NCBI GenBank assembly: GCA_947169265.1
Contig: CAMVPC010000016.1
Span: forward strand, 3,169-67,168
Length of the DNA stretch: 64,000 bases
Origin: an uncultured Prevotellaceae bacterium
Lineage (GTDB): Bacteria > Bacteroidota > Bacteroidia > Bacteroidales > Muribaculaceae
Direction of reading: 5' to 3'
Within the stretch, counting starts at the first letter, position 1. Each line of letters opens with the position of its first letter. Made by a program: the position numbers and the translations under genes. Positions 19,097 through 28,069 of this stretch are shown piece by piece. Under the pieces are notes generated by a model. That model made no database searches and was not told where the DNA came from. It worked only from the letters and a program-made list of their open reading frames with translations.

Positions 19097-20936
19097 CGAT
19101 GTTTATGGTTTTATAAAGCCCCTTGTTGATGTCCATACAATGGGGATGTTCACTATCGCCAATCTTCTTCGCGACTGTGGTTATGTCGTTCACATTGCAA
19201 ATGATGATATTAACAAGGCTATCGAGGATATTCATAAGATTAATAACTATAGCTTATTAAAAAGGTGGATAATTGATAATGGTATAACGAAATTAAGTGT
19301 TAGCTATAGGCTTGATCCTAAAGATGGTTGTGATTATTTCATGTCAGTATATGAACATTTGAGAAGTGATAATATGCTTGTCGAAAAAGGTGGAACGATT
19401 AAGAGTATATCTTTTGCTGGGCTACCTGACACATGTGACATGATTCGTTCTAAAACCGACAATATTTTGCTCTTTAAAGGCGATGAGACACCGATTGAAT
19501 CTCTTCGCTTATATGGTGTTCCTGATAATATACTTCCTCCTTCCATTGACAATGATAATCCATATGACAAAATGAGGTGGGAATTTGCGGAGAAACTGAT
19601 ATCTTCAGAACGATACAAAATCGAGCCGGCTCTTAACCACTATGGATATCCTGAATGTGGAAAAGATAACGATAGCTATCTCCGTCGTCTGAATTATGCT
19701 AAAATGAAGCATTCGCTTCCAATAATAAGGACTCACTCCGGTCCGTATAATCCAAACAGAGAGGAAGCTTTAAAAGAATACAACTCTTGGTGTCAAGATT
19801 TAGCTCAAAGTAAGTTACTTGATGTTCTTTCTATTGGGAGTTCTCAACTCACGCAATCTCATTTTGGAGAAGATTGGGAAGGCTTGCCAAATGGTGGAGG
19901 TATTCCTGTTAATTCAGAACTTGAATACCAGATTATAAGAGATAATGCAAGGCCAATGCTTACTAGAACATACTCAGGCACAAAGAATGTTCCCGAGCTC
20001 GCAAGAATTCATGAGCGGGCTCTAAATATTTCTTGGCATGCTTTATCGTTTTGGTGGTTTGATGAGTTGGATGGGAGGGGAGATAATTCTCTCCTTGACA
20101 ATCTTAAAGAACATTTTGAGGCAATACGTTATATAGCAACGACCGGGAAACCAGTTGAGCCCAATGTCCCTCATCATTTTGCCTTTAGGGGTGCTGATGA
20201 TATAACGTATATAATAAGTGGGTATTTGGCTGCAAAAGCTTGTAAAAAGCTTGGTGTAAAGCATCTGATACTTCAAAATATGCTCAATACGCCTAAATAC
20301 ACAATTGGTGTTCAGGACATTGCAAAGGGAAGGGCGATGTTGAGACTTGTAAGAGAGCTTGAAGATTTAGATTTCTCTGTAAGTTTACAACTAAGAGCTG
20401 GATTGGATTATTTTGCACCTGATTTGGAAAAAGCGAAAGTTCAACTAGCCGCAGTTACATGTATGATGGATGATATTGAACCGGAAAACGATAATAGTCC
20501 TGAGATTATACATGTGGTTAATTACAGTGAAGCGGTCAGATTAGCAACGCCACCTATTATAAAAGATAGCATCAGGATTACTTTAAATGCTCTTTACGAA
20601 TATAGGAATGCGCGTAAGCTTGGGAAAGTGCCAAATATGAAATATGACCTTGGCACAATTAATCGAACAGAAGCTTTGTATTCAGAGGCAAAGAGCGCTA
20701 TTATGCTATTGGAAAATAATATTCCGAATCTTTATACTCCAGAAGGATTCTATAAAGTCTTTATTGAGGGATTTCTTCCCGTGCCATACCTGATGGATCC
20801 CAAGAAAAAATTTCCGAAAGCGACAAGATATCATACAGCGATTAAGAATGGAGGTATAAGTGTTGTTGATGATAAAGGCACTATCTTTAATACCGCTGAA
20901 AGATACAAAAAGATTATCTCAAACATGGAGATCTAA
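19089..20936 (+). CDS. Cobalamin-binding protein: N-terminal His-on B12 domain fused to a probable TIM-barrel catalytic domain (mutase- or methyltransferase-like)
   Basis: DVHTMG matches the DxHxxG B12 motif at residues 13-18, followed by SYRL and FAG at positions matching SxL and GG. About 450 further residues show alternating beta/alpha character. Confidence 0.7.
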   Translation: MSNDVYGFIKPLVDVHTMGMFTIANLLRDCGYVVHIANDDINKAIEDIHKINNYSLLKRWIIDNGITKLSVSYRLDPKDGCDYFMSVYEHLRSDNMLVEKGGTIKSISFAGLPDTCDMIRSKTDNILLFKGDETPIESLRLYGVPDNILPPSIDNDNPYDKMRWEFAEKLISSERYKIEPALNHYGYPECGKDNDSYLRRLNYAKMKHSLPIIRTHSGPYNPNREEALKEYNSWCQDLAQSKLLDVLSIGSSQLTQSHFGEDWEGLPNGGGIPVNSELEYQIIRDNARPMLTRTYSGTKNVPELARIHERALNISWHALSFWWFDELDGRGDNSLLDNLKEHFEAIRYIATTGKPVEPNVPHHFAFRGADDITYIISGYLAAKACKKLGVKHLILQNMLNTPKYTIGVQDIAKGRAMLRLVRELEDLDFSVSLQLRAGLDYFAPDLEKAKVQLAAVTCMMDDIEPENDNSPEIIHVVNYSEAVRLATPPIIKDSIRITLNALYEYRNARKLGKVPNMKYDLGTINRTEALYSEAKSAIMLLENNIPNLYTPEGFYKVFIEGFLPVPYLMDPKKKFPKATRYHTAIKNGGISVVDDKGTIFNTAERYKKIISNMEI

Positions 20937-21074
20937 TTTAAGCTATTTCAAGAAATAGGATTTGGATGTGCTTGGCGCACATGAGCGAGAGCGGAGCCGA
21001 GACGGAGTTTTCCCAAGACACGATGTAACATGTATTGAGTGATATCTTTAAAATCAGAATCTGCTATCGTGTAA

Positions 21075-22064
21075 ATGAGTGTTTCTTTATCCATCATAAT
21101 TCCGGTTTATAACGTTGAGCGATACCTTCCTGTTTGTCTGGAAAGTATCGTTCAGCAGCATTTGGCGGATTATGAGGTCATCATGGTGGATGATGGCTCC
21201 ACCGACGGCTCTGGAGCGATATGTGACGAGTTTGCGGAGCGTTATCCTGAGTTTAGGGTAATTCACAAGGAGAATGGAGGAGTTTCCGCTGCTCGAAATC
21301 GCGGGATTGAGGAGGCTAAGGGTGAGTATATATTGTTCCTCGACTCAGACGACTTCTTGGTTCCTGATGCCATTAAACCTTTGCTTGAGCTTGCCGGGGA
21401 TAATAAACTTGACGTATTGGGCTTTGGCTATCGTGTGGTGCCTGAAAATGTGGCATCCGCTCCACCTGCCGACACAGAGGAACCGCAACACATACAGATT
21501 CTTGATGGATTTGAATATATCTCTCGTTACAACTATACAGCGCAAGTTTGGTGGTATCTTGTGCGACGTGAACTTCTAATTAAGAATAATCTTCGGCTTC
21601 CTGTTGGCCATGTGCTTGAGGAGGCTGCTTTTAATATGCGCCTGTTCTTAATGTCGAAATGTCTTGCCCAAGTCCCAAATGTTGCTTACTGCTACCGTAA
21701 CCGCGCATCCAGCATTATGCACATTGCCGACAAGGAGCATGTGTCGAAGATGCTTGCTGATTACATCTTTGCGGCAAGCAGCATGAACGAGGCAATTGAA
21801 GAATACCGAGACAAGCTGCACGGTGAGTGCTATGAACGCTGTCGCACACGCCGCGACAGCTATGTGATGTTTGGAGCCCTACGCGCTTTCAAACTTGGAA
21901 AAGTGAAAGAATATCTGCAAGAAGCCAAGCGAAATAATCTGTACCCTTTTAAGAAACTGAGTGAGGTTGACTATCCCGGCCTCAAGTTCAAACTGTTACA
22001 ATGGTGCGTATCAAAGCCTCGACTGCTGATGACACTAAGCCACATCTATAGATTCTTAAACTAA
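21075..22064 (+). CDS. GT2 glycosyltransferase
   Basis: SIIIPVYNVE, DDGSTD, NGGVSAARNRG, and FLDSDD motifs. Confidence 0.92.
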   Translation: MSVSLSIIIPVYNVERYLPVCLESIVQQHLADYEVIMVDDGSTDGSGAICDEFAERYPEFRVIHKENGGVSAARNRGIEEAKGEYILFLDSDDFLVPDAIKPLLELAGDNKLDVLGFGYRVVPENVASAPPADTEEPQHIQILDGFEYISRYNYTAQVWWYLVRRELLIKNNLRLPVGHVLEEAAFNMRLFLMSKCLAQVPNVAYCYRNRASSIMHIADKEHVSKMLADYIFAASSMNEAIEEYRDKLHGECYERCRTRRDSYVMFGALRAFKLGKVKEYLQEAKRNNLYPFKKLSEVDYPGLKFKLLQWCVSKPRLLMTLSHIYRFLN

Positions 22065-22082
22065 CCGTAACTGTTACAATTT

Positions 22083-23042
22083 ATGAATAATATCTTAATC
22101 TGTTCTGCGGGTCGGCGGGTTTCGCTTGTCAAGGAGTTTCAGCAAACAGCTGCCGACGTAGATAAATCAATAAAAGTATTTGCCTCAGATATGCGTCCCG
22201 ACATGGCGGCCGCATGCTTCGTTGCCGATGCCGCATTTCAGGTACCTCCCTTGTCGGATGAAAGATTTATCGACACGCTGCTGTCGATTTGTATATCCAA
22301 CAATGTGGGAATCGTAATTCCAACCATTGACACGGAATTGCCGCTACTGGCAGCCAATAAAGAGGAGTTTGCCTCCCATGGTATTCATTTAGTCGTGAGC
22401 TCGCCAGAATACATCGCAAAGTGCTGCGACAAGCGTAGCACGATAAGGGTTTTTGAAAAATACGGCATCCGCACACCGCGGCATATCGATCCCAATCATC
22501 CCGAGTTCCCGATGTTTGCAAAACCCTACAACGGCTCAAGCAGTAAGAATGTGCATGTTATCAAGAGTGCCGATGACTTGAGCGAGAGCGTGGCTAATGA
22601 TTCTAAACTTATGTTCATGGAGTATATCAACAAGAATGAATATGTCGAGTTCACTGTTGATATGTATTATGGCCGCGACAATCATGTGAAAGCCATCGTT
22701 CCGCGCGAGCGCTTTGAAATTCGCTGCGGCGAGATCAGCAAGGGCTTGACACGAAAGAATTTCCTTGTCGGCTTCTTGAAAGGGCGTGTGGAGTATCTAC
22801 CTGGTGTGGTCGGACCGGTGTGTATCCAGTTGTTTTACCGTGAGAGCGACAATGACATTGTCGGAATTGAAATCAACCCACGATTTGGAGGAGGCTATCC
22901 GTTATCCTATCATGCGGGAGCCAATTTCCCTAAAATGATATTTGAAGAGTATTTGCAAGGCAAAATGATGAACTATTGCGAAGACTGGCGCCACAACCTC
23001 ACGATGCTTCGCTACGATGCCGAAATAATTGTTGAATCTTAG
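22083..23042 (+). CDS. ATP-grasp protein (PylC/carbamoyl-phosphate-synthase-like small family)
   Basis: ILICSAGRRV, IPTIDTEL, AKPYNGSSSK, EFTVD, and EINPRFGGGYP motifs. Confidence 0.85.
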   Translation: MNNILICSAGRRVSLVKEFQQTAADVDKSIKVFASDMRPDMAAACFVADAAFQVPPLSDERFIDTLLSICISNNVGIVIPTIDTELPLLAANKEEFASHGIHLVVSSPEYIAKCCDKRSTIRVFEKYGIRTPRHIDPNHPEFPMFAKPYNGSSSKNVHVIKSADDLSESVANDSKLMFMEYINKNEYVEFTVDMYYGRDNHVKAIVPRERFEIRCGEISKGLTRKNFLVGFLKGRVEYLPGVVGPVCIQLFYRESDNDIVGIEINPRFGGGYPLSYHAGANFPKMIFEEYLQGKMMNYCEDWRHNLTMLRYDAEIIVES

Positions 23043-23054
23043 GCTTGATATGTC

Positions 23055-24077
23055 ATGATGCTAAGCATCATCATTCCTTTATATAACTGCGCCGCCTATG
23101 TTGAGCGGTGCATTCTCTCTATCTATGCGCAAGGCCTTAATGAGCGTGACTTTGAGGTGATAGTTGTCAATGATGGATCAACCGATGGAGGCGAGAAGAT
23201 CGTCGAAGAGCTTGCAAAGACACGCCCCAACCTTTTCTTGCTGAGTCAGGAGAACAAAGGGTTGTCGGTAACACGCAATCGTGGAGTGGAGGTGGCAAGA
23301 GGACGTTATGTGCAATTCCTCGATGCCGACGATTATCTCATTCCCAACGGTATGCCAAGATTGCTTAAAACCGCAGTTGATAACAATGTTGACATTTTGG
23401 TGTTCAAAACCAAGAGAGTGGAAGACACTATCGCACTTGGCTTGCCCGAACACAAAGAAGTTCTTAACGAGAACTACAAAGTATCTCCTGTCTTGACAGG
23501 TTATGAAGCTGAGATCTATGAGTCAATGCCGGAGTACATATTCTCGGTTAATTATATGTTCATGAGACGGCAGATGTATATAGACCACAATCTACGTTTC
23601 GCCACCGACATGGCATTCGGAGAGGACGGTATTGTTTCGATGCAGCTCTTCATCAACGCAAATCGGGTGATGGTGACTGACTGCCTCATTCACCGTTATG
23701 TGAACAGAATTTCAAGCTTGTGTAATTCACATGCGAAAAAGATTCACGTGAACCGTATAAGATGCTACAAGAAGGCGGCGATAGAGTTTCATCGCATTAA
23801 CGAGACCCACAAGGATCGCTCCGCACAAGGATATGATTTGCACCGCCAGCGCATAAATCTATTCATTTTCTTTTACCTTTATGGCGCGATGAAAGATGAT
23901 ATTCCTACCTCCGAACTTATTGCCGAAATAAAAGAACTCAGAGAACATGATTTATATCCTATAGGAACATTTGAATATTTTGGCTATACAGGTTTTAAGA
24001 ACAAGTTCCTGATTGCTTTCTGTAACACGGGTGGACTTTTCACATTGTCCCACAGAATCCTACACTTATTTAGATGA
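23055..24077 (+). CDS. GT2 glycosyltransferase
   Basis: SIIIPLYN, NDGSTD, NKGLSVTRNRG, FLDADD, and GED motifs. Confidence 0.9.
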   Translation: MMLSIIIPLYNCAAYVERCILSIYAQGLNERDFEVIVVNDGSTDGGEKIVEELAKTRPNLFLLSQENKGLSVTRNRGVEVARGRYVQFLDADDYLIPNGMPRLLKTAVDNNVDILVFKTKRVEDTIALGLPEHKEVLNENYKVSPVLTGYEAEIYESMPEYIFSVNYMFMRRQMYIDHNLRFATDMAFGEDGIVSMQLFINANRVMVTDCLIHRYVNRISSLCNSHAKKIHVNRIRCYKKAAIEFHRINETHKDRSAQGYDLHRQRINLFIFFYLYGAMKDDIPTSELIAEIKELREHDLYPIGTFEYFGYTGFKNKFLIAFCNTGGLFTLSHRILHLFR

Positions 24078-24712
24078 AGGTCATAGTATTCGATCTTGAC
24101 GACACGCTCTACAAAGAGATTGATTTCCTCAAGTCGGCCTACCGTGAGATGGCTGAGAATTTGGGGCGTCCAGAGATGTATGACTATATGTTGCGACTAT
24201 ATCGTGATGGCGACAATGCATTCAAGTGTGCCATAGAAAAATATCATTTGCCGGTTACGATTGAACAATTGCTCGAAATATACCGAACACACAAACCACA
24301 CATAGCACTTGATGATGCTGCGAGAACGACGCTTGCTACACTAATGTCACGCAGTATCGTTTTGGGGCTGATGACCGACGGACGCTCAGTAACTCAGCGC
24401 AACAAGATAGAGGCATTAGGTTTAGGGCATTGGATTGGCAACGAAGATATACTGGTTTCAGAAGAGTTCGGTTGTGGAAAGCCCGACGAGCGTTGCTATC
24501 GTTATTTCATGGACAAGCGCCCTAATGCCAGGCACTACTACGTTGGCGACAATCTCAGCAAAGATTTCGTGATGGCAAACAAACTGGGCTGGACCACGAT
24601 GTGCCTGCTTGATGATGGAAGAAACATTTTCAAACAAGACTTCACTATTGAGACACAATATTTGCCGAAATACAAAATTAATACCTTAAAAGAAATACTG
24701 AATTTAATATGA
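24074..24712 (+). CDS. HAD-superfamily hydrolase
   Basis: FDLDDTLY (motif I), TDG, KP, and YVGDNLSKD (motif IV). Confidence 0.9.
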   Translation: MKVIVFDLDDTLYKEIDFLKSAYREMAENLGRPEMYDYMLRLYRDGDNAFKCAIEKYHLPVTIEQLLEIYRTHKPHIALDDAARTTLATLMSRSIVLGLMTDGRSVTQRNKIEALGLGHWIGNEDILVSEEFGCGKPDERCYRYFMDKRPNARHYYVGDNLSKDFVMANKLGWTTMCLLDDGRNIFKQDFTIETQYLPKYKINTLKEILNLI

Positions 24713-24773
24713 AAGAGAGTTGTGGCTCGTTGCGGAGCTGATGGCTCGGTTTAAAGAATGGCTATGGAAATTG

Positions 24774-24794
24774 GCTGGGTTGTGCCGGCTTTTT
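24774..24794 (+). terminator. Weak candidate intrinsic terminator after the polysaccharide operon
   Basis: gctgg-N6-ccggc stem (one GU pair) followed by ttttt. Confidence 0.3.
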
Positions 24795-24940
24795 GTTGAT
24801 GGGAAATGGGCGTCTTCCGGGGGGGTGGGAGGCGTTTTTTATGTTTTTGGTGGGTGGGTTTGGCGTTTTGGGTTGATTTCGCTATCTTTGCGGTTTTGAG
24901 ATTGTTAACGTAAGTTGATTTTTCGAGAAATCGCGCTGTT

Positions 24941-25870
24941 ATGATTGCTTTTTGGAAATATGATGCCGGGTATCGGCAGGTCGGCGAGTGGGAGCCCGGG
25001 TGCTGGATCCGTGTGGCTAATCCCACGCCCGAGGAGTTGCTTGTGCTGGAACGTCGTTGGGGCGTGCCGCTCGACTTTGTGCACGATGCCGAGGATGCCG
25101 AGGAGCGTCCGCGTCTCGACCAGGATGAGGACTGGCTCATGCTGATAGTGCGCGTGCCCAGCAGTAGCGTGGACGACGATGGCGACACGCAGTTCCACAC
25201 ACGTCCGTTGGCGTTGTTGATGCGTGGTGATGTGTTTGTCTCGGTGAGTTTCTTCGCGTGCGATGTACTTGCCGACTTTGTGGCGTGGAGTAATCGCCGC
25301 CGTCAGCCCGAGCGCCGCCGTTATGACCTGATGCTGTCAGTCTTGCTCTCGAGTTCGGTGTGGTACTTGAAGTACCTCAAGCAGATGAACGTGATGATGA
25401 AGAATACCGAGGAGAGGCTCGAGCAGTCGATGGACAACGAGGAGTTGCAAAAGCTGATGGGTTTGGGCAAGCACCTTATCTATTTCATCACGTCGTTGCG
25501 CGGCAACGAGATGGTGCTCATGCGGTTGAAGAAGATATTGCGCACGGTCGAGTTTGACGATGATTTGCTCGACGATGTGGAAATCGAGATGCAGCAGGCC
25601 TACGACACGGCGACCATCTACAGCAAAATCCTCGACCGTCAGCAGTCGGCTTATTCGTCTATAATCGGCAACAATATGAACGTGATAATGCGCACACTCA
25701 CTGTCATCACCATTATCCTGATGGTGCCCACCGGGATTGCCGGTTTCTATGGCATGAACGTGCCTAACGGCATGGAGGCTTGGCGCTGGGGCTTCGTGTT
25801 CAGCATTCTGCTGTCTATCGTGCTGAGTGTCGCCATCTATGCTTACTTGAAGCGGAAGCGTCTCATTTGA
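24941..25870 (+). CDS. corA: CorA-family Mg2+ transporter
   Basis: EERPR, NNMNVIMRTLT, and GFYGMN signature with two C-terminal TMs. TATCTTTG promoter at about 24882-24889. Confidence 0.92.
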   Translation: MIAFWKYDAGYRQVGEWEPGCWIRVANPTPEELLVLERRWGVPLDFVHDAEDAEERPRLDQDEDWLMLIVRVPSSSVDDDGDTQFHTRPLALLMRGDVFVSVSFFACDVLADFVAWSNRRRQPERRRYDLMLSVLLSSSVWYLKYLKQMNVMMKNTEERLEQSMDNEELQKLMGLGKHLIYFITSLRGNEMVLMRLKKILRTVEFDDDLLDDVEIEMQQAYDTATIYSKILDRQQSAYSSIIGNNMNVIMRTLTVITIILMVPTGIAGFYGMNVPNGMEAWRWGFVFSILLSIVLSVAIYAYLKRKRLI

Positions 25871-25898
25871 GCTCGTGTTCCACTTTTAACTGTCTTTT

Positions 25899-26834
25899 GT
25901 GATGCGATACCTTGGCGAACTGATTTCGATTGGCGTGGCTTTCTCGTGGACAGCGACAGCGTTGTTGAGCGAGTATGGCAGCAAACGCATGGGCAATCTT
26001 ACGCTCAATGTGGCTCGCATGGGCATCGCGCTACTGTTCTCGGCGTTGTTGTTTTGGGGCATGACGGGTAGTCCGTTGCCTGCCGGAGCCTCCACCGAGG
26101 CTTTCATGTGGATGATGCTCTCGGGGCTGGTGGGGTATGTGATAGGTGACTTTTGTCTTTTTCAGTGCTATATCATCATCGGTTCCAAATTCGGCCAACT
26201 GTTCATGACCCTGGCACCGGTCACGGCCGCTGTCATGGCGTGGCTCACGCTGGGGCAGCGCATCGACGCCATGGGCATTGTGGCGATGATGGTCACGCTC
26301 ACCGGCATTGCCATCACGGTGCTTGGCCGTGGCGGCGACAATCATCACAAGGTGGTGTTCAACTTGCCGCTCAACGGCATGCTCTATGCCATCGGTGCTG
26401 CCGTGTGTCAGGGCGTGGGACTGGTGCTGAGCAAGATAGGCATGGACCACTACGAGGCCACTATCGCTACGCCGTGCGAACCGTGGTTGCTGCCGTTCTT
26501 TGCCAACTTCTTCCGCTGCGTGGCCGGCATCGTGGGATTTTCAATCCTGCTCGCGTGGCGCGAGGGATTCTCGTCGTTGCGAAGAAATCTTGCCGATGGC
26601 AAGAGCATGACGACCGCGGTGCTGACCACCATTTTCGGTCCCTTTGTGGGGGTGGGGCTGTCGTTGCTTGCCGTCCAATATACCGGCGCCGGTATCGCGA
26701 GCACCCTCATGGCGCTCACTCCCATCATCATCATCTTGCCCGCCTACTGGATTTTCAAGCAACCCATCACGCTCAAGAGCATCGTGGGCGCGCTCATCTC
26801 GGTGGCCGGCGTGTCGCTGTTTTTCCTGCTGTGA
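25899..26834 (+). CDS. EamA/DMT-family transporter
   Basis: Two EamA repeats, about 10 TM helices, and a typical LMALTPIIII motif. Confidence 0.85.
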   Translation: MMRYLGELISIGVAFSWTATALLSEYGSKRMGNLTLNVARMGIALLFSALLFWGMTGSPLPAGASTEAFMWMMLSGLVGYVIGDFCLFQCYIIIGSKFGQLFMTLAPVTAAVMAWLTLGQRIDAMGIVAMMVTLTGIAITVLGRGGDNHHKVVFNLPLNGMLYAIGAAVCQGVGLVLSKIGMDHYEATIATPCEPWLLPFFANFFRCVAGIVGFSILLAWREGFSSLRRNLADGKSMTTAVLTTIFGPFVGVGLSLLAVQYTGAGIASTLMALTPIIIILPAYWIFKQPITLKSIVGALISVAGVSLFFLL

Positions 26835-26867
26835 GTCCTCTTTGGGACGAGGCGGGGCCTACACCGT

Positions 26868-27572
26868 TTATTTCAGGATTTTTTTGCCGCCCTTGATAAA
26901 AATGCCGGCGTCGGGCTCTTGCTGCAACAGGCGCCCCTTCAGGTCAAACATCCGTCCGTCATCGCCATGGTTATCGCTGAATGTGTCGACAACTGTGGCT
27001 ACCGAGTTGTAGTGGATGTCGTTGAGCCACTGGTCGAGCATGGCCGACGCGTTACTCACTTGAGCCGAGCGAATCCACAAATTGGGCTCGACAAACACGC
27101 CGCCGGGAATCAACCGTTTGGCATCTGCTACCGTGCTGCTGATTGAACTGCTTGCGCTCGACACAATTAGGGCGATGGTTTTGCCGGCCATCTTGCTGCC
27201 ATTCTCAAAGAGGAACGTTTGCATGGGCGCGGCCATCTGACTCCACCATAGGGGCGTGGCGACGATGATGTAGTCATATTCTTCGACATTGACACCGGTG
27301 GGCTTGATTGCCGGATAGCTGCTCGCGTCGTTGGGGTTATTACGGATAGCCGCAATCAATCTGCTGCCGATGGCGTAGTTGTTGGCGGCGTAGTCCAGTC
27401 CCTCTTCGGCCGGCTGCACTTCGACCACATCGGCCTGAATCTTGGTGTCAAGACTGCTGACAATGGTCTTCACGTTGTTAGTGAAACTGTAATAGACGAC
27501 AAGCGTTTTAGCGTTGACATTCGTGCCGATAAGGGAGAGCACGGCCATGATGGCGATAATTAACTTTTTCAT
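26868..27572 (-). CDS. Secreted flavodoxin-like protein with signal peptide and T9SS-type C-terminal tail
   Basis: MKKLIIAIMAVLSLIGTNVNA signal peptide; LVVYYSFTNN and ATPLWWS flavodoxin motifs; tail MFDLKGR....GIFIKGGKKILK. Confidence 0.8.
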   Translation of the reverse strand: MKKLIIAIMAVLSLIGTNVNAKTLVVYYSFTNNVKTIVSSLDTKIQADVVEVQPAEEGLDYAANNYAIGSRLIAAIRNNPNDASSYPAIKPTGVNVEEYDYIIVATPLWWSQMAAPMQTFLFENGSKMAGKTIALIVSSASSSISSTVADAKRLIPGGVFVEPNLWIRSAQVSNASAMLDQWLNDIHYNSVATVVDTFSDNHGDDGRMFDLKGRLLQQEPDAGIFIKGGKKILK

Positions 27573-27811
27573 ATTTAATACATTAAATGGTTTGATGATT
27601 TAGTCCATGAAGCGGGTGAGCCGGCTGCGACCATCCTCACTCGCCGATTACACTGCAAAATTACTGTGATTCACGCGTAATGTCGGTAAACAAATCATGG
27701 CAAAATTTACCATAATTACCGAGATGCCATCATGTGGATACACCACACCCCCAAAAAAATGCCTAAAACCATCAAAAATAGTAGGGGAATTTGAATTTTT
27801 TCATAAAAAAT

Positions 27812-27842
27812 TTTGCCGGGTCGAAAAAAGTGCGTACCTTTG
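27812..27842 (+). promoter_or_regulatory. Consensus Bacteroidetes promoter for tRNA-Met
   Basis: TTTG (27812-15), a 19-nt spacer, then TACCTTTG (27835-42). Confidence 0.85.
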
Positions 27843-27852
27843 CACCGCAAAT

Positions 27853-27924
27853 CGCGGGGTGGAGCAGTGGTAGCTCGTTGGGCTCATAACCCAGAGGTCG
27901 TAGGTTCAAATCCTGCCCCCGCCA
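27853..27924 (+). tRNA. Initiator tRNA-Met (CAT)
   Basis: Cloverleaf with CAT anticodon, GGG/CCC anticodon stem, mismatched 1:72 pair, A11:U24, and a TTCAAAT T-loop. CCA is not encoded. Confidence 0.95.
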
Positions 27925-27928
27925 CAAC

Positions 27929-27956
27929 AAAGGCTCAAGCAATTGCTTGAGCCTTT
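27929..27956. terminator. Perfect 28-bp palindrome, bidirectional terminator between tRNA-Met and rimO
   Basis: aaaggctcaagcaattgcttgagccttt. Confidence 0.8.
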
Positions 27957-28069
27957 AAATTTTGGTGCGCTCGGCGCGCTTGCGTTCTAACGTGTTTGTT
28001 GGGGTGACCCGTGATATGCCCGGAATCGCTATTGATGAGGGACCGCTCTTTTGCCCAAGTCATCCCTTC

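Noticed and set aside
27853-28069. tRNA-Met as an island integration site
   Set aside because: No duplicated tRNA 3' end was found, no integrase is present, and the flanks are core genes.
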